Shown here in pieces: positions 24,671-38,592 of a stretch of 64,000 nt of DNA (position 1 is the stretch's first letter; each line of letters opens with the position of its first letter). The DNA is from Vicugna vicugna. Its lineage: Eukaryota. Made by a program: the position numbers and the translations under genes. Under the pieces are notes generated by a model, which was not told where the DNA came from, did no database searches, and saw only the letters and a program-made list of their open reading frames with translations. The stretch covers positions 13,724,184 through 13,788,183 of the forward strand of contig MU058844.1 of assembly GCA_013265495.1 (NCBI GenBank), given 5' to 3'.

Positions 24671-27600
24671 TGATTATAACTGACTGGCTTGTGAAATTTC
24701 TGCACATCATGTTGCTCTTGAGATTTAGTGCAGAATAGGACATTCACTAGAATTCTAACTTTGAAAGGTCATCTGTGACGTGTGTGTGTGTGTGTTTATT
24801 TTTTTTCCCCCACTCAGGACTTCCTCTGCACCAACCAACATTAGAGTGCAAATATGGGACTGGCGTTTTCTTAAAATGAGCCCTGGTTTAACTTTCCGTT
24901 TTTATTTACCAGTTGATATGGAATGTTTTCCTTTTTTTTTTTTTCAGATTGGCTAACATTTGTGGGACTTGCCTTCAGGAAAATTCCTTTTCAACTTACT
25001 AGGGGTTGTCTAAAAAAAGAGTAATCAGAAGTCATCATTCTATTTAAAGGTGATTTAATATTCTCATATGGACACTTTTAGTTCAGATGATGGACTGACT
25101 TAATATTATCTGACTAATTTGATAAGTAGAATTACATTGGGAGGTCACTGAATGAAATTATATTTTGCATGGACATGATGCTAGGAGACATAAATCAATT
25201 ATCAAGTGGTTTCTTTCAGCTGTGGTCTTACTGCCAAGAGTCTCATTCTTAATAGAAGTATTTAAATTTTATAAACCCTCTTACCTTTCATTTTATATTA
25301 GTTCATCTTTTATTGATATACTTAAGATGAACAATTTTAACTGTGCAAATTCCTTTTTCAATCTGTTATACCTGTTTCATCATTGTCTTTATCCTTTGCG
25401 AATATTGAGGAGATTGACTCAATTGTATAATAGATGTGTTTTATTTCTAACTTTTATGATCTAAAGTGGCAGGCTGAGACAATAGTGATAGGAACTGGAT
25501 AATTAATTGAATTTTACAACATTGTATTTTTGCCTTTGGTTGGCATTTCCCCCTCCTCTATTGCTTTTAATTTGTGATGTAAATACGTATTTGAATGGTC
25601 CAAATTGTTCAGGTTAACTTCGCAAATAAGTTTATATTTTATATTTATGAATTTATTCTTAAGAATAGTGTTCCAAAATAGAAATTTATAAAAATTCAAA
25701 TATAAGTTGTCATGGAAACTTGTTGTGGAGAAAATGAGATCAGGAAAGAAAAGGAGAGATTATTCTTTTGATGCCACTGAGTGATATTTACAAAAAGTAA
25801 AAAGCAAGGATATGTAGATATGTATTTGTGACAATGTTATGCAGTGTGTGTTTACAATATAATATTGAAGTTTTAGAAGGAAGTGAAGTTTGTATGTGTT
25901 TTCCTATGAAGGCATACCATAGGTAAGTGAACAGGCTCCAGGCAGAAATTCCTTGATAGAGCTAGATTTTTTAGAAGTTTAAAAACAGGGCAAAACAGTA
26001 GAGTTAAAAATATATTAAATAACATGTTCCCAATATTAAAGAGCTGAGAGCAGTTATAATTTCTCCTTCTCTGTCTTCTTTTCACTTTTCTTTCTAGGGG
26101 AGGAAGGAAGGTGACTGAATTGGGTTCTGTTTTGGAGTGTGGCTCTTCCTTGGCGCCATGTATATCTTTGATTACCTGATCAATCTTTTTTTTTTTTTTT
26201 AACTTTCAGAGAGCATTTTAGAAAAGAGAAACACAAGAGTAACTGCTGTGGAACTTTATTTAAGGTGTTGTCTTTACCATTATGTGCAGATAATCCCAAA
26301 TATACTTGGATTGTGAGACTGAATCCACCATTTTTTTAAATCTAGAAAATATTTACTTTATCAGCATTTTAAATCATTTTATTTCCATAGCATTACTGAA
26401 ATACACTCCTTAAAACTACTAAAATTTAAATTTCAGTATCTAGAATTGGATTCAGAATTGCATATATGTAATTTACTTTTTTATGAACCATTTTCCCCTC
26501 TACCTCAAAGTGCAAAGCAAAGCAGGAAAGAAGTGATCTAAAGTGATCTAAATTACTGTTTACTGGCTTTGTGTGTGACATTGATTTAAAAAAAAAATTG
26601 TAATAAGGTGAGGACAATTTGAGTCATATATAAAGATTAAAGAAAGAAAATGTATTAATTCTTGGTTTGTCAGCATTGCTCCAGTTAAAAGAACTAGTGG
26701 CCAAAAGTAGCTTGTTCATAAAATATTTTGGTTAATTATTATAAAATTTTAGAATGTTTATTTAGTCAATGAACATTGACTATGCAGTCACTCTGGACCA
26801 GAAACCGTGTGAGTTACTGGGACTGCGTGGGGAAGATTTAGTGCTTTGCCCTCAATCAGCTCACCACTCTATTTATAATAAAATGTTTCCTAAAACATTA
26901 TCTATTCAATTAAAAACTTCAACAAACAAAATCCCAGAGATATTAAAGATGTTTTCCTCAAAAAAAAATCTCATATGGAAATATTGCCTGACATGTGCAG
27001 GAAAATATTCCATTTAGAAATGATACTTTTAAGATATTGTTAGTCTTTATGAAAGTGTTAGGCTATTTCAATTTTGATTTTCGATTTTCGAAGTGGTTTA
27101 TAGGCTGTCTCTTTGCAATGTTATTGAAGAATATGATAAAGGCAGTACTTACAGCAAACAACTGAATTATTTGTAGTGGGTCAAATGTCTTCATCCCCTT
27201 CCATTTTCAGTAAAAGTCACGGCCAACCATATGACAATGCAAATCCAAACTTCAGACCCCCTAGAAAGAGTCTGCTGTAATAGTCTGGTGTGCTTGCATT
27301 TGCCGTATAAGCATCTAAGTGTCCTTTGACCCTTTCCAGGCCACTAATTGTACAGTTCACAAATAAACTTAATTTTATTCTCATATCTGGAGCATTGGAT
27401 AGGATCAGAGAGTACCTGATTTAATGAATCATTAAAAGAATCAAACGACTTCACTAGGATTGTATTTTTCAGTAGTACATTTGATCACAAACTAGGATAT
27501 CGGATCCATTGCTGGGCACTGGGCATGCCAAAGGTGAATAGTTGGGCAGGTTTGGTGGGACTCTTTTCGGCTCTATTTTGCTAAGAGCTCATTTGGAGAC

Positions 27601-28169
27601 CAGAGTTGAAAAAAACTACATGAGAGTCAAGGAAATGGTTCTTCTCCATGAAGAATCTTATTTTCAAAGCAGCTGAAAACTAGGAAATGCGTAGGTTTAT
27701 GTAGAAATGCAGGTCGACCTTTCCCATTTGGAAATGTGTCATTACTGTTGACTTTTACTACTGCAAATAAAGTAAATGCTGTTTTCAGTTCCCATTTTTT
27801 TTCAACTTCTGAGTCATATATCCTTTTTATGATGGCAGCCTTTAAAAATATATCTAAATTAAACAGTAAAGGGCACTAAAGGACTGATAAAAGGTAAACG
27901 CAGACCTCCATAAGGAAATATGTAGTGGCAACAGAATTCAAACAGTAACTAACCATCAGCATGTTACACAAACTTCAACACTGTGTGATGTATGAAGGGC
28001 TTTCCTTCTGGAAGAGCAGTCAAGATTTTTTATGACAGGATAGCAGTGCTTTTTGCTTTTCTTATAGGTTGAAGGGAGGTAATTAATTTTAATGCTGTGT
28101 AGTCAACATTTTCACAGGAAGTGACGAAAATGTGGGTGTTGGAAGGAGAAGAAAGCAGTAAGAGAGAAT

Positions 28170-28390
28170 ATATGGAAACAGCACTGGAAGCACGTCTAGG
28201 GTGGGATCCATGAGCCCTGGGCGCTGACCCGGATTTCACAACTAGCTGTGTGACCTTGGAGGGTTTAATTCATCTTCCTCAGTCTTGATTTCCTTTTGCC
28301 TTGTTTTGGGGAAAGGAAAAAAAAAAAAAAAAAGGATGACACTTTGGGCAAGATAAGTATCCAAACTTCTTTCCAGCTCTAAGATTTTGA
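28170..28390 (+). mobile_element. MIR-family SINE (MIR3-like)
   Basis: ACTAGCTGTGTGACCTTGGA..CTCAGTCTT...CTTCTTTCCAGCTCTAAGATTTT. Confidence 0.6.
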
Positions 28391-29404
28391 GATTTGGAGA
28401 AAAAACAAGGATACTTATTGCTAAAAATCCCTGAGGGTGGGGCCGGGGAGGGACAGCATGTCCGCCCTCATTTTGATTGTACTCTAGGGACCATCACAGT
28501 AATAAGGTAAACTAGTATTGATTTCTTTTGGTGTTTTGCATTATAACTTTCTGCCCTCTCTCTTTTTTTTTTTTTTTCCCTACAGCTGTTGGGTAGCTGC
28601 TCTGGTTACCATAGAAACAGGTTAGCTCCTAGCTTCCTGTTTCCATTGAAAACAGCTTTCTCTCAACCACATATTGATCTCAGGAAATCATTTTTGCTTT
28701 GGCTCTGTCATGAAACCAATAAAGATGATCGGCTCTGTCATTTCCTAAGTGTAAGATTCAGTGCAGGTGTAAACCCATCCACCCACAAGGCTAACTGATT
28801 AGATAATCTCAGTTTTATTTCCCTTTGAAAAGAGCCTTATCAAAGACACCATCCTTTTCCCCTTCCTGTATCTTATACAGAAGGGAAAGTCTTATTCACT
28901 TGAGGATTTACAGATATGCCTAACACATTTAAGTGTTTACAAAATAGTGTCAAATTATTCAGTTCTAATCTCTTTCATAACCCATTCTATCAGAATGAGC
29001 ATAGAGAATACTATGCAGTATAGCATAGTGCTTAAGTTTGTATTTTAATGTACCCATTAATGAAGACTACTTCAAGATAAAAAATATGTATTATATAGTG
29101 CACCATATTTCTCTTTTAAGAAAAAATAGTGTTCTATTTCAGGATATACATATTTACATAAAAAGAAGATTTATTCACAGTCATGATGTAGATACATGCT
29201 CAGGGAATATATTTATAAAAACTTTATATGGATAAGCAAAGGAAGAGACTCAGGAGTATGGCTTAAAGTTTTGATCGAGACTACTAATGTGCGTGCATCT
29301 GTATTTGTGTACTATGTATATATACATATATACATATATTATCTAAAATACATGCTCGTTGAATGAGATTGGTGACTGGTGTCTATAACACACGTCTGGT
29401 GTTC

Positions 29405-29560
29405 ATGGGATTTTGAATTGGAAGGATCTGGTGATCACCTGGTATAATTGCCTCAATTCACAGAAAAGGCAGCTGACTTGATCATCGCCAAGGCTAGGGA
29501 GTGACGGTGGCAGGGCTGGAACTGAGGTCCTCTGACTCCTGGCGCTCTTCCCGTTCCATC
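29405..29560 (-). mobile_element. MIR-family SINE
   Basis: GAATTGGAAGGATCT..GATCACCTGG...CCAAGG...GGTGGCAGGGCTGGAACTGAGGTCCTCTGACTCC. Confidence 0.6.
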
Positions 29561-31959
29561 TCGACTGCTTAGTCTGGGTTGGGTTTAACATTAGATGCAC
29601 AAATTTTAGGTCTTGGGAAGCAGCGAGAGTGTTAGGAATAGTTGGGGTAGGGTCTGTCCTCTTCTACGTCCTGTTGTTACTCAGCAGTAGCAGGGGAGTT
29701 GTCACTGTTTTAGGTATTCTCTCAATTTCCAGATCCCGCTCCAGATGCAGCCCTCCATTGCTGCCTTCTCTACCAGGTCTACCTCTTACCCTTCTACTGT
29801 CTTTAAAGCCTCCAGACTACCCTGTCTATGCACTTACTTCCAATTTTTTTCCTTTATCCCTGTGTGTGTGTGTTTTATAATATGTTTCTCTACTTTCATT
29901 GGATTTTGCCTTTGGAATTTTTTAACGCAACCCTATTTCAACCTATTGGTGATGACGAATGTATTTTATAGAACATTGCCTTCTCACATGTGATTAACCA
30001 GATCATGGTGAGTGTACACAAAAATAACTGGTGAATTAGCGTGTAAGATATTTGGAGCTGCTTTTAAGATTTGTAAATGAGATTAGATGTTGTTGTGAGG
30101 TTAGTAATTACAGGACAGAAAAACTTTTCTTTCAACATTTCTGTAGTAGCCAGTTAGCCAAAGGTGGTATTTATTGCCTTGGGATGGGATATAAAGCAAC
30201 ATTATAATTTTGAGAGTGTTTGAGAGAATGCATTTCAGAATCAAAACAGTTCTCGAGAAGCTGGGCCAAAATGTTGCTGGTAATATTGGGAAAAAATACT
30301 CCATTGTTACTATCGTTACTTGACTGGCCTTTTCTTCTGAAAGCTGATAATGATAAAGACATCTTTGTAATCTGACATTTATTTCCTCGGTGTTCGTGTA
30401 TTAAGAAAATCCTACGCAGACACCTCAGTAGTGTCGTCTTTGTTTCCTGTTTGAAGACTGGTGGTTTTGCCATCAGATCTTAGAGCTTTGACCTTCTTTA
30501 TGGGTCTGACAACATTGTTGACATCTTTAAAAACTGGAGCAAAGGTCAAGATAGCCCTTCTTGGCAATTGTTCTGTGATTTAGTCTCAGCAATGGAAGGT
30601 GTCCTTGGAGTTGTCTCTATGGAGAAAGCCCCAGTGGTGAAAATATACCACCTTTTGGCCACAGGTGTTCCCTTACTTTACACCAATACTTTGTTCAGAA
30701 TTTTCAAATCATTCATTAAATGATAAAATGGGAAGAAGTTTGTTTTTTAATAAAATAAAAGTGATCCTAAGTAATATTGTCAAGATATTCAAAAGATATT
30801 GCTTATCATAAACTTCAGACTCCATGTTTATGAATAACGTTTAAGCAAAAATTATTTGAATGAATATAAAGTTATTCACTGAGTATTTGCCAGATTGAGT
30901 TCAATGAAAGGGCCAGAGATTGTTCAGAATTTCTGTAAATTTTGCATCTGTGTTTGCAAATTATACAGCAGCAACTCATGTTGCTGTTTATTGATAAATG
31001 ATAAAATGCTGTTTGCTAAAAAGTGAATATTGTGTAATAATTGTATTGGAAACAGTGGCAAAGTAATCATAGCAAGAGGACGCTTCCTTACCATATTAAC
31101 TTGGATAAAATTGACATTTAGGAAAGCGGAACAACAGTTATTACAGTTTGATTTATTAGATTGTCCTGCTTCTCTGTTGAGGTGAGCAGTAAGAAGGCAA
31201 TTATGAAAATCATCAAAATATCCTTAATGAAACCTGTCTTTCATATAAATTGAGTAGGAAGTGGGCAGAACAGAGATTTAGCTGGCTCTTTTGTGTGCAA
31301 ACAGAATCTAAAGTAGCAAGTAGCCTTTTTTTTAAGCTGTTGGAACTTTATTATCAGGCCTGAGTGACCTATCAGAGTCATATAAAACGATTAGTGGGTG
31401 CATCAAGGTTGAAAACCTATCGTATTTGTATCATGATGGATAAATATGTGTGAGCTTATGCTTAATTCCTAGATTCAAAATGGTGTTGACTGTCCTTTGA
31501 TATTTAGACTACAATGCTACAGATAAATGAAGTTCCTACAAATTAATTAAGTCAAATACATTTTAATGCACTAACAGGTTCAAAGACATTCAAAGTGGAT
31601 TAGTCTTAATTCAAAAACAGGGTTCTTTTAGTGCTTCCATTTCTCTTGTGAATCTGCTGTTCAATTTTTAGTTGTAACATTTGCATACTATCAGTTCTTA
31701 GCTTTTTAAATTTAGTGATTGTTTTCAATAGCTATTCATTTTTCCATGTATGTATTAACTGTTGATTTAATTCAATCTCAGATTTCTCTGTCTTAAGGGA
31801 TTTCTTGGTAACTTTATTTTTGAGTCCTTGACTTTGTGCTTCAGTGCTAGGTTTCTTTGTCAACAACCTTTTGTGTTTCCTCTACCTTGGCTTGCATTTC
31901 TTGGTTGAAAGAATAGTGTGTTGTCATCAGGCGTTACTACATTTCCCTCTTAGCTAAAC

Positions 31960-32390
31960 AAACTGGGAGAGAACCAAGCACGGGAGGTGTGGCAGGAGAT
32001 GGAAACTGAGGTTGGATCCAAAGGCTTGGTAAACTCTGTTGAGGTCTGGTCTTCCTCTGGCAGTAATGGGGAGCTTTTGAAGGATTTTAAGCAGAGCAAT
32101 GGCATACATGATTGTAATTGGGAATAGCATTCGGAAACCTTTGTACCTGAAGAGGGGACTGGGTTGGGGAAGATGAGTGCAAGTTTGTCAGGAGAGCTAC
32201 AGTTTAACATGTTATTGCAGTAATCCAGGTACTAGATATACTGCTGATCTCAGTGAAAACGGTGGCCAGAGGGATGAGGCAAAATGAACATAATTAAAGT
32301 GGAAGTGTTGATTAATTAGGTGCAGTGAATGAGGCGGAGAAGACAAGAATGTCTCCCTAGTTTCCGTTTGCACAGTGGAACAAGACAACC
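31960..32390 (-). mobile_element. L2 fragment
   Basis: GGCAGTAATGGGGAGCTTTTGAAGGATTTTAAGCAG...TATTGCAGTAATCCAGG. Confidence 0.7.
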
Positions 32391-33437
32391 TTTATGACTT
32401 TTTTCTAATTCAAAATTCGGTGGTTATATGATTTGAGAAGTCAGTAGTTATTCTTTCACGGAATTTAACACTATAATATTTTGTATTTTTTTTTTGCTGT
32501 TCTTTTATATTTCAGTACCAATTACCCGATTATTAACAGCCATTTCACAGATTTTATGGTTGTGAAATTAAATGCAAAGTATGGCCCTTAAAATTTTTGG
32601 TTGCAGTAATTCACCACCATAAAAATGTGTTGAGGAGTAAGAAGTCTTCCCTATAAGAAATGTCAGCTTTGCATTGCTATTATTTTGGTTTAATACCCAA
32701 GAAAATAATATTACTTTTTGCATAATTTGTATGAAATGGAACTGACTTATTCAATATAGTAGCTCATGTAGCCTCCAAAGCGAGAAGCTTAAATTGAACT
32801 GGGGATTTAAAAAAAAGTACTGAAAAGATCCTTTGGCCCTAAAAACTCCTTGGAAAATTGCTTTAAATAAATATTTCCTTTACATAAAAGTCCAGTAAGG
32901 AGCAAAGGTAGTGAGGTAGTGAGGACAGTGAGGAAGAAAAACAAAAATGAACACAAGCAGCAATGGATTTAAACTGGGAAGAAGACGGTGACTCAGAGCC
33001 AAGGCAGAGTAATTCCTTCTAAAGCATTAATATACCATGCTGTTTTCTTGCTTACAACCCCTTTATCCCTTTCCATTGGCCACAGGTCAGGATATACGTT
33101 CCAGAGCCTGGCTCTCTGGAATCTGTCTATCATCTAAAATCCTAATAATAGCTCTCAAAACTCCACCAGTAAGACCGCATGGCTTGCAGTCTTGAATACA
33201 AGAGATGTGACTCTTGAATATGAGAGATGTGTTCATGTTGTACATTTGTGTACAGTGCTGTCACAACCTGGAATACTTTCTGTCCCTCGATTTAACAGGT
33301 TGATTCAATCATATCTCCCTATCTTGTATAATTATCAAGTCTTACTTGACGTCTTCTAAACTCTCGCAAAGCAGTGCGTTTCTTCTGAGTTTCCATATCA
33401 CTTTGTAGTTACAGTATTGTTATAGCATTTAGCTGAC

Positions 33438-33893
33438 TGTATTAGTTTCCCTGAGCTGAGCAAATTACCACAAACTTAATGTCTTGAAACAACAAAGAAA
33501 TTTACTCTCTTATAGTTCTGGAGGCTGGATGTCTGAAATACAGTTGTCAGCATGATTGGTTTCTTCTGGAGGTTTTTGAGGGAAAAAAATCTGTGCCTTG
33601 GCTCTCTCCTAGCTGCTGGTGATTTTGGGCAATCTTTGGTGTTCCTGGGTTTGCAGACACATCACTCCAATCTCTGCTGCCATTTTCACATGTTGACCTT
33701 TCCTGTGTGTCTCTCAGTTTTGTCTTCTTATAAAGACATCAATTTTTTTGGATTATAGCCCATAATAATCCAGTATGACCACATCTTAATTTAGCTAATT
33801 ACATCTGCAAAGATGCTATTTCAAAATAAGGTCATATTCTGCGGTTTGGAGTAAACATGCATTTTGGGGAGCTACCATTCATCCCAGTATACA
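33438..33893 (-). mobile_element. MLT1 (MLT1C-like) solo LTR
   Basis: TGTATTAGTTTCC..AAATTACCACAAACTT..AGTTCTGGAGGCTGG...ATTACATCTGCAAAGA..CAAAATAAGGTCATATTCTG..ACCATTCATCCCAGTATACA. TSD CTGAC/TTGAC. Confidence 0.88.
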
Positions 33894-36800
33894 TTGACTT
33901 TTCCATTGGGGCAACATTTTCATAATATCCAGTAAATCTTTTATTTTCTGATTTGTCCTTTTCCATATCAGTATGCTCTCATTTAATGGATACAATACCT
34001 TCCTGAATTTTATGATGACACTAGTTAGATAATTTTTCAATTCTAGAATTAACTCTGATCCTTCTATGGAATTTTTTCTATTCTTTCACCTTTGTTCTTT
34101 TTTATACTATTGATTTTCTTCAAATGTCTTTTCCTGTAAAGAGGGTAGGATGATTGTGTTATGTGGGTAGATAGGCAGGATCGTGTGGAAACATAGGATT
34201 CCCTTCAGAATGGGTGGGGAGGAGCAGGTGGGCAATTGAGGGACCCTCTGAAGGTCTAACAAAGGAAGCTGTATTTGGGGACAGAACTTTAGCGAATTTC
34301 AGTTAATGCAGTGACCTTTCCCTTTTCTTCTTCACCGTGCACTTTGAGGAAATCCGAGGTACTAAGAAATTTGCTTCACTTTCTCTGTCACACCAACACA
34401 ACTAATTAGAAACTGTCTTCTCTTCTGTTGATTCTCTGTGTAATTTAGAGGGAGCTATTCTTGCTGCTATATCCTGAGGGCAAATTCTGTAGCCAGCCAC
34501 TAAAAGAAGTTGGGGACCTCCAAGGAATTGTCCCACAGCCAGCTCCTTGTCTTCAGGACTGTTACCTCTGGGTTTGTGATTCCTCTGGCTTCTGGACCTC
34601 TATGGGAAGAACTAGACCAACCTCAAGAAAAGCTGTCTCTTGCCTCTGTGTGGAATTCCATTCTCCCCCTCCCCGAATCTGCGTTTCCATTAGTTCAATA
34701 CTGTTTGCTTTATGTCTTAGTATTTCTGGGTCAATGATAGCAGTGTTTCCTGTTTCCTATCCCTGTGCTTTTTCTCCATTATTTTAAATGAGATTTGGTC
34801 AAGGAGATGAGGTATACTATCTTCCACTAGAATCTGAGCGTATACGTATAGGCTTCTTGCTCGTACTAGTTATGAACTTGTGCACGGGGCACCATTGCAG
34901 TCTTCTTGTTCTCCAGAGTTATGTACGTGTCTGGTAGTTTTCTCAGTGAGATTTTATTACCAGCTGAACAATTCCATGAGTCTCCTTGTCTACAAGGATA
35001 TATTGCTCTGTGATTCTTCCCCACCAAATCAGTGTTTCTTCTTATCTTCTCGGAGCCCACCTTCTTTATCTACTTTTTACCTATTTGATTCCCAAATATA
35101 TAAACCTAGTGAAGAAATTCATAGCCTTTGTAGAGTGTGTGATTTTACCCTTACTCTAAGAAGCTTGTTAGACTAACATTAATACAAAGTCCTAGAAAAT
35201 GATCACTTGGAGAACAGTGACACTTTAATTTGTCATCTGCCCACTGAGAATACATTTGTAAGAACATGAACTTTGATGGTTTAACAGATGTTTGTGGTAC
35301 TTAATGTTCCCCAATAAGGTAGCAGCATCAAGTTTAAATAATGTTTACATATTAGTGTGCTTTGATTTTTTTTTTACACAGGGACATTGCCAGTGAGACC
35401 AAATGCTTAGTCCTTATTTTGTAGAAAAACATCTGACTGATGATAATTGATGGCACTGGTTGTCCTGTTAATTACATGGAAACGAGTCCTTCACTGAAGG
35501 GTGCTGTGTCTTAAGAAAAGATGCTGAAGAATGGATGTTGCAGCAGCCAGGAAATTAGGCAAGGAGAGCAAGAAAAAAAAAAGATTCCTATTCATCACAG
35601 TATTGTTATCTCATTTCATTTAGTAAGATAGAAATATCCACAGGTGAATTTTTCTCCATGCTATCTAGAATACTCTTTATCAAACCGATGCAGTGATGAA
35701 GACCACTACACCTAAAACCTAATTTATGCTCAGATACTTTCTTTGAGTTGTGGCAAATAGAAGGCCTGAGAAAGACATTTAAAGAAACATATTTACATTG
35801 TAGTGGTCATGCAAATAGAAGGGATGAGAAAAACCTTCAGTTATACAACGGACTGTGTATATTACAGAGACGAGGTAAAATGTGTTGTTTTTAGGACGAA
35901 ACACTGTGAGATAGTAGTTCAAACAAAAATGATAAAGGGCATTATAACATTCAAAAGGGAATAATATTGGAACAAGTTTATATTTTAAGGTGAGGGCTGG
36001 TTGTAGGCTATTTATTTTTAAAATAAACATATGGTTTTAAATCATGAAATTAGGACAGTTGAGGAAGTCTATAAATGCTGAGGAAGAAAATAGCCCTTTT
36101 CCCTCCAAAGGCTACTAGAAATTTAGTATAATTATTTTATTTTTATTTTGTCTAAGGTAATTCTAACCATAGGGATAAAGAGAGTTTATTTTATCCAATG
36201 TTTAATCTTTGTAATCAGGAACGCTGTACCTTTCCATTTTATTCAAATCTGGTTTTAGAGTTCAAAAAGAAATTTCATCGTTTACTTCAAGTGTTATTAC
36301 TATGTATTTTATGTTTAGTTGATCTTGTTCTTCATTACATTTTGACTAGTTATTGAAGGCATATGAGTTAACTGCTGCTTTTAGTATATTACTCATATGT
36401 ATGTTTATCTTATTGAACCCTTATTGATTGTAATAGCGTTTCAGTTTATTGTTTTAGGTTTTGTGGGTATGCCATATATATAAATGATAATTCATTTGAT
36501 AATTTCTAATAGTTATAACGAATGTATCTTTTAATTTTTATTATATGTGTAATTTATAACTATATTTATGGTCATAATTTTCAGGCATATTTATACCTTT
36601 TTAACAAATTCCCACTATTGTTTTTCGGTCATTATTCCTCATTTTGAGTCAATTTGAAAACACTCCTCAGTGATACGCTATATATTTTTAAATTCATTTT
36701 TCAGGAATGACTTGAGTATGATATGTTGTTGTGGGTATTTGTATATTTGAGGATATCCTTCTGTTGTGTGCACATATGAAAATTATCTTGGCTAAGTTTA

Positions 36801-37084
36801 GAATTTTTGGATATGCAGTTTTGATTACACAAATCTGCAGTTTCTGTCTGTTATTTAGAAATAATGAAGTGTCAAAGAAAAAGAGGATAGGTAAGTTTCC
36901 ATGTACTGTGAGCACAGGCAGGCGCCCTAAACAAACCTTGGTCCCAAGAAGGACATCTCTCACTTCAGGTTACACGTCTGCTTCCACCCTTATTCTACAG
37001 TCCTCTTGGCATTCTGCAGCCAAGACTCAGAATTGTCCTGAATTTCCTCTTAATCCATTTCTGTTGTAGCATAATCTTCCTTTA

Positions 37085-37352
37085 ACAGGCAGCACTTTGT
37101 GATGGCTAAGAGGAGAGATCTTGGCATCAGGCAGAGCCGGATTTGGATATAGTCTTATGACGTATTAGTTGCATGACCTTGGATGATATAATTCACTTCT
37201 TTAAGATTTGTTTCATTATTTGTAAAAGAACCTCCTCATAAGATGGGTATTGTGAGGATTAAATGATATGAGAACTAAATGAGATAATGCATTGAATGTG
37301 TGTTGCAGAATGCCTAATTAAAGTAAACCTTCTGTAAATGGTAACTATTATT
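37085..37352 (+). mobile_element. MIR SINE, near full length
   Basis: GGCAGCA..GTGATGGCTAAGAG...TGACCTTGG...TTGTGAGGATTAAATGA...TAAATGGTAACTATTATTAT. Confidence 0.75.
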
Positions 37353-38405
37353 ATATGAAGCTTAAGGGCAGACTGATGGGCAAAATCTTCAGTCTAATAA
37401 TTGGTGGCTTCTATCAAATGCTGATTGTATGTCTAGGTCTGAGGACAGGAGAGCCTGTTTTCATTGGATCATAGGTAGAAAATCCAGGAAGCTGTGGGAA
37501 ACTTTTGACGATTATTTGCATTTTTGTCAAAAGATTGTGGAGCACAGCTGACAACTTTCTATTATTGCCTTGACCATAATTCCACTAAGTTTGGACTGTG
37601 TGTTGAAGAGAAGTAAGGCAACATTCCTGATACTCTTGTTTCCTTCTCTGTGTGAGGTGAAGGGAATAAATGATCAAGAGCACAATGGAGACAGAGATCA
37701 CTTTTGTTCAATGCATTACCAATGCCTAGGACAGACTGGTACACAGTAGGTATTCAAAGAAGTGTTTCCTGACGGAGTGGCCAGCTGACTCTTGTAAGTG
37801 GTGGGGTATATACTTCCCAGCATGTGACGCTTCGAAGGCTGCTGATTCCCCTACAAATGCATCTCTGAGGGAAGCAACTAGAAACCTCCTTCTTCCCTCA
37901 GCTCCATGGCTCCCTGGGATGGTTGTCAGGTGATAAGGAAGCAAGAGGACCCCCAGCCATTGTTACACTGCTGGTACTGGAGAACTTAACCATACGGGCA
38001 AGTCTCCACTTCTGAACGGTCGAAAGAGTAATGACTAAGGAAAAAATAGTGTTACAGAAGTAGAGTTCTTCTCTCTTATTAAGAGGTTCCCATTCCTTGA
38101 AAGATTATTGGTAGACTGATTCTTGGCTAATGTGGTTTCCCCCATCAGAGATAAAGTCTGCACCAACTGTAACTTCTAAGCTCAAGAGAGTTTTCGTATT
38201 TCTTTAATCCTGATCAATCTTCACTTGCCTCCATCTGCTTTCAAGAGTTTGAGCATCAGGTGCTATGAACATCAATTCTTAACTGTTCTCATCAATAGGT
38301 ATTTTAATTAGTATAAACTCTGTCTGGATCCTGGCATGTTGTGAATTTTTGTCCTTAATTCTCTGTGCCTTTCTAATGTGTTATTACTGTATGTTTTTAT
38401 GACTG

Positions 38406-38592
38406 TAGGGTTGCCAGATAAAATGCAACACCTAGTTAACTTTGAATTACAGATACACAAAGAAATAAATGTTTTTAGTATAAATATGTGTACTAAATTA
38501 TGGGTCATATACTAAAAACATTTTGTTTCTTATCTGACATTCAAAGTTAAGCAGGTATCCTATATTTTTATATGCTAAATCTGGCAACTCTA
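38406..38592 (+). mobile_element. MER53 palindromic MITE (hAT-derived)
   Basis: Termini TAGGGTTGCCAGAT / ATCTGGCAACTCTA. Internal arms TTAACTTTGAATTACAGATA / TATCTGACATTCAAAGTTAA and TGTTTTTAGTATA / TATACTAAAAACA. Confidence 0.88.
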
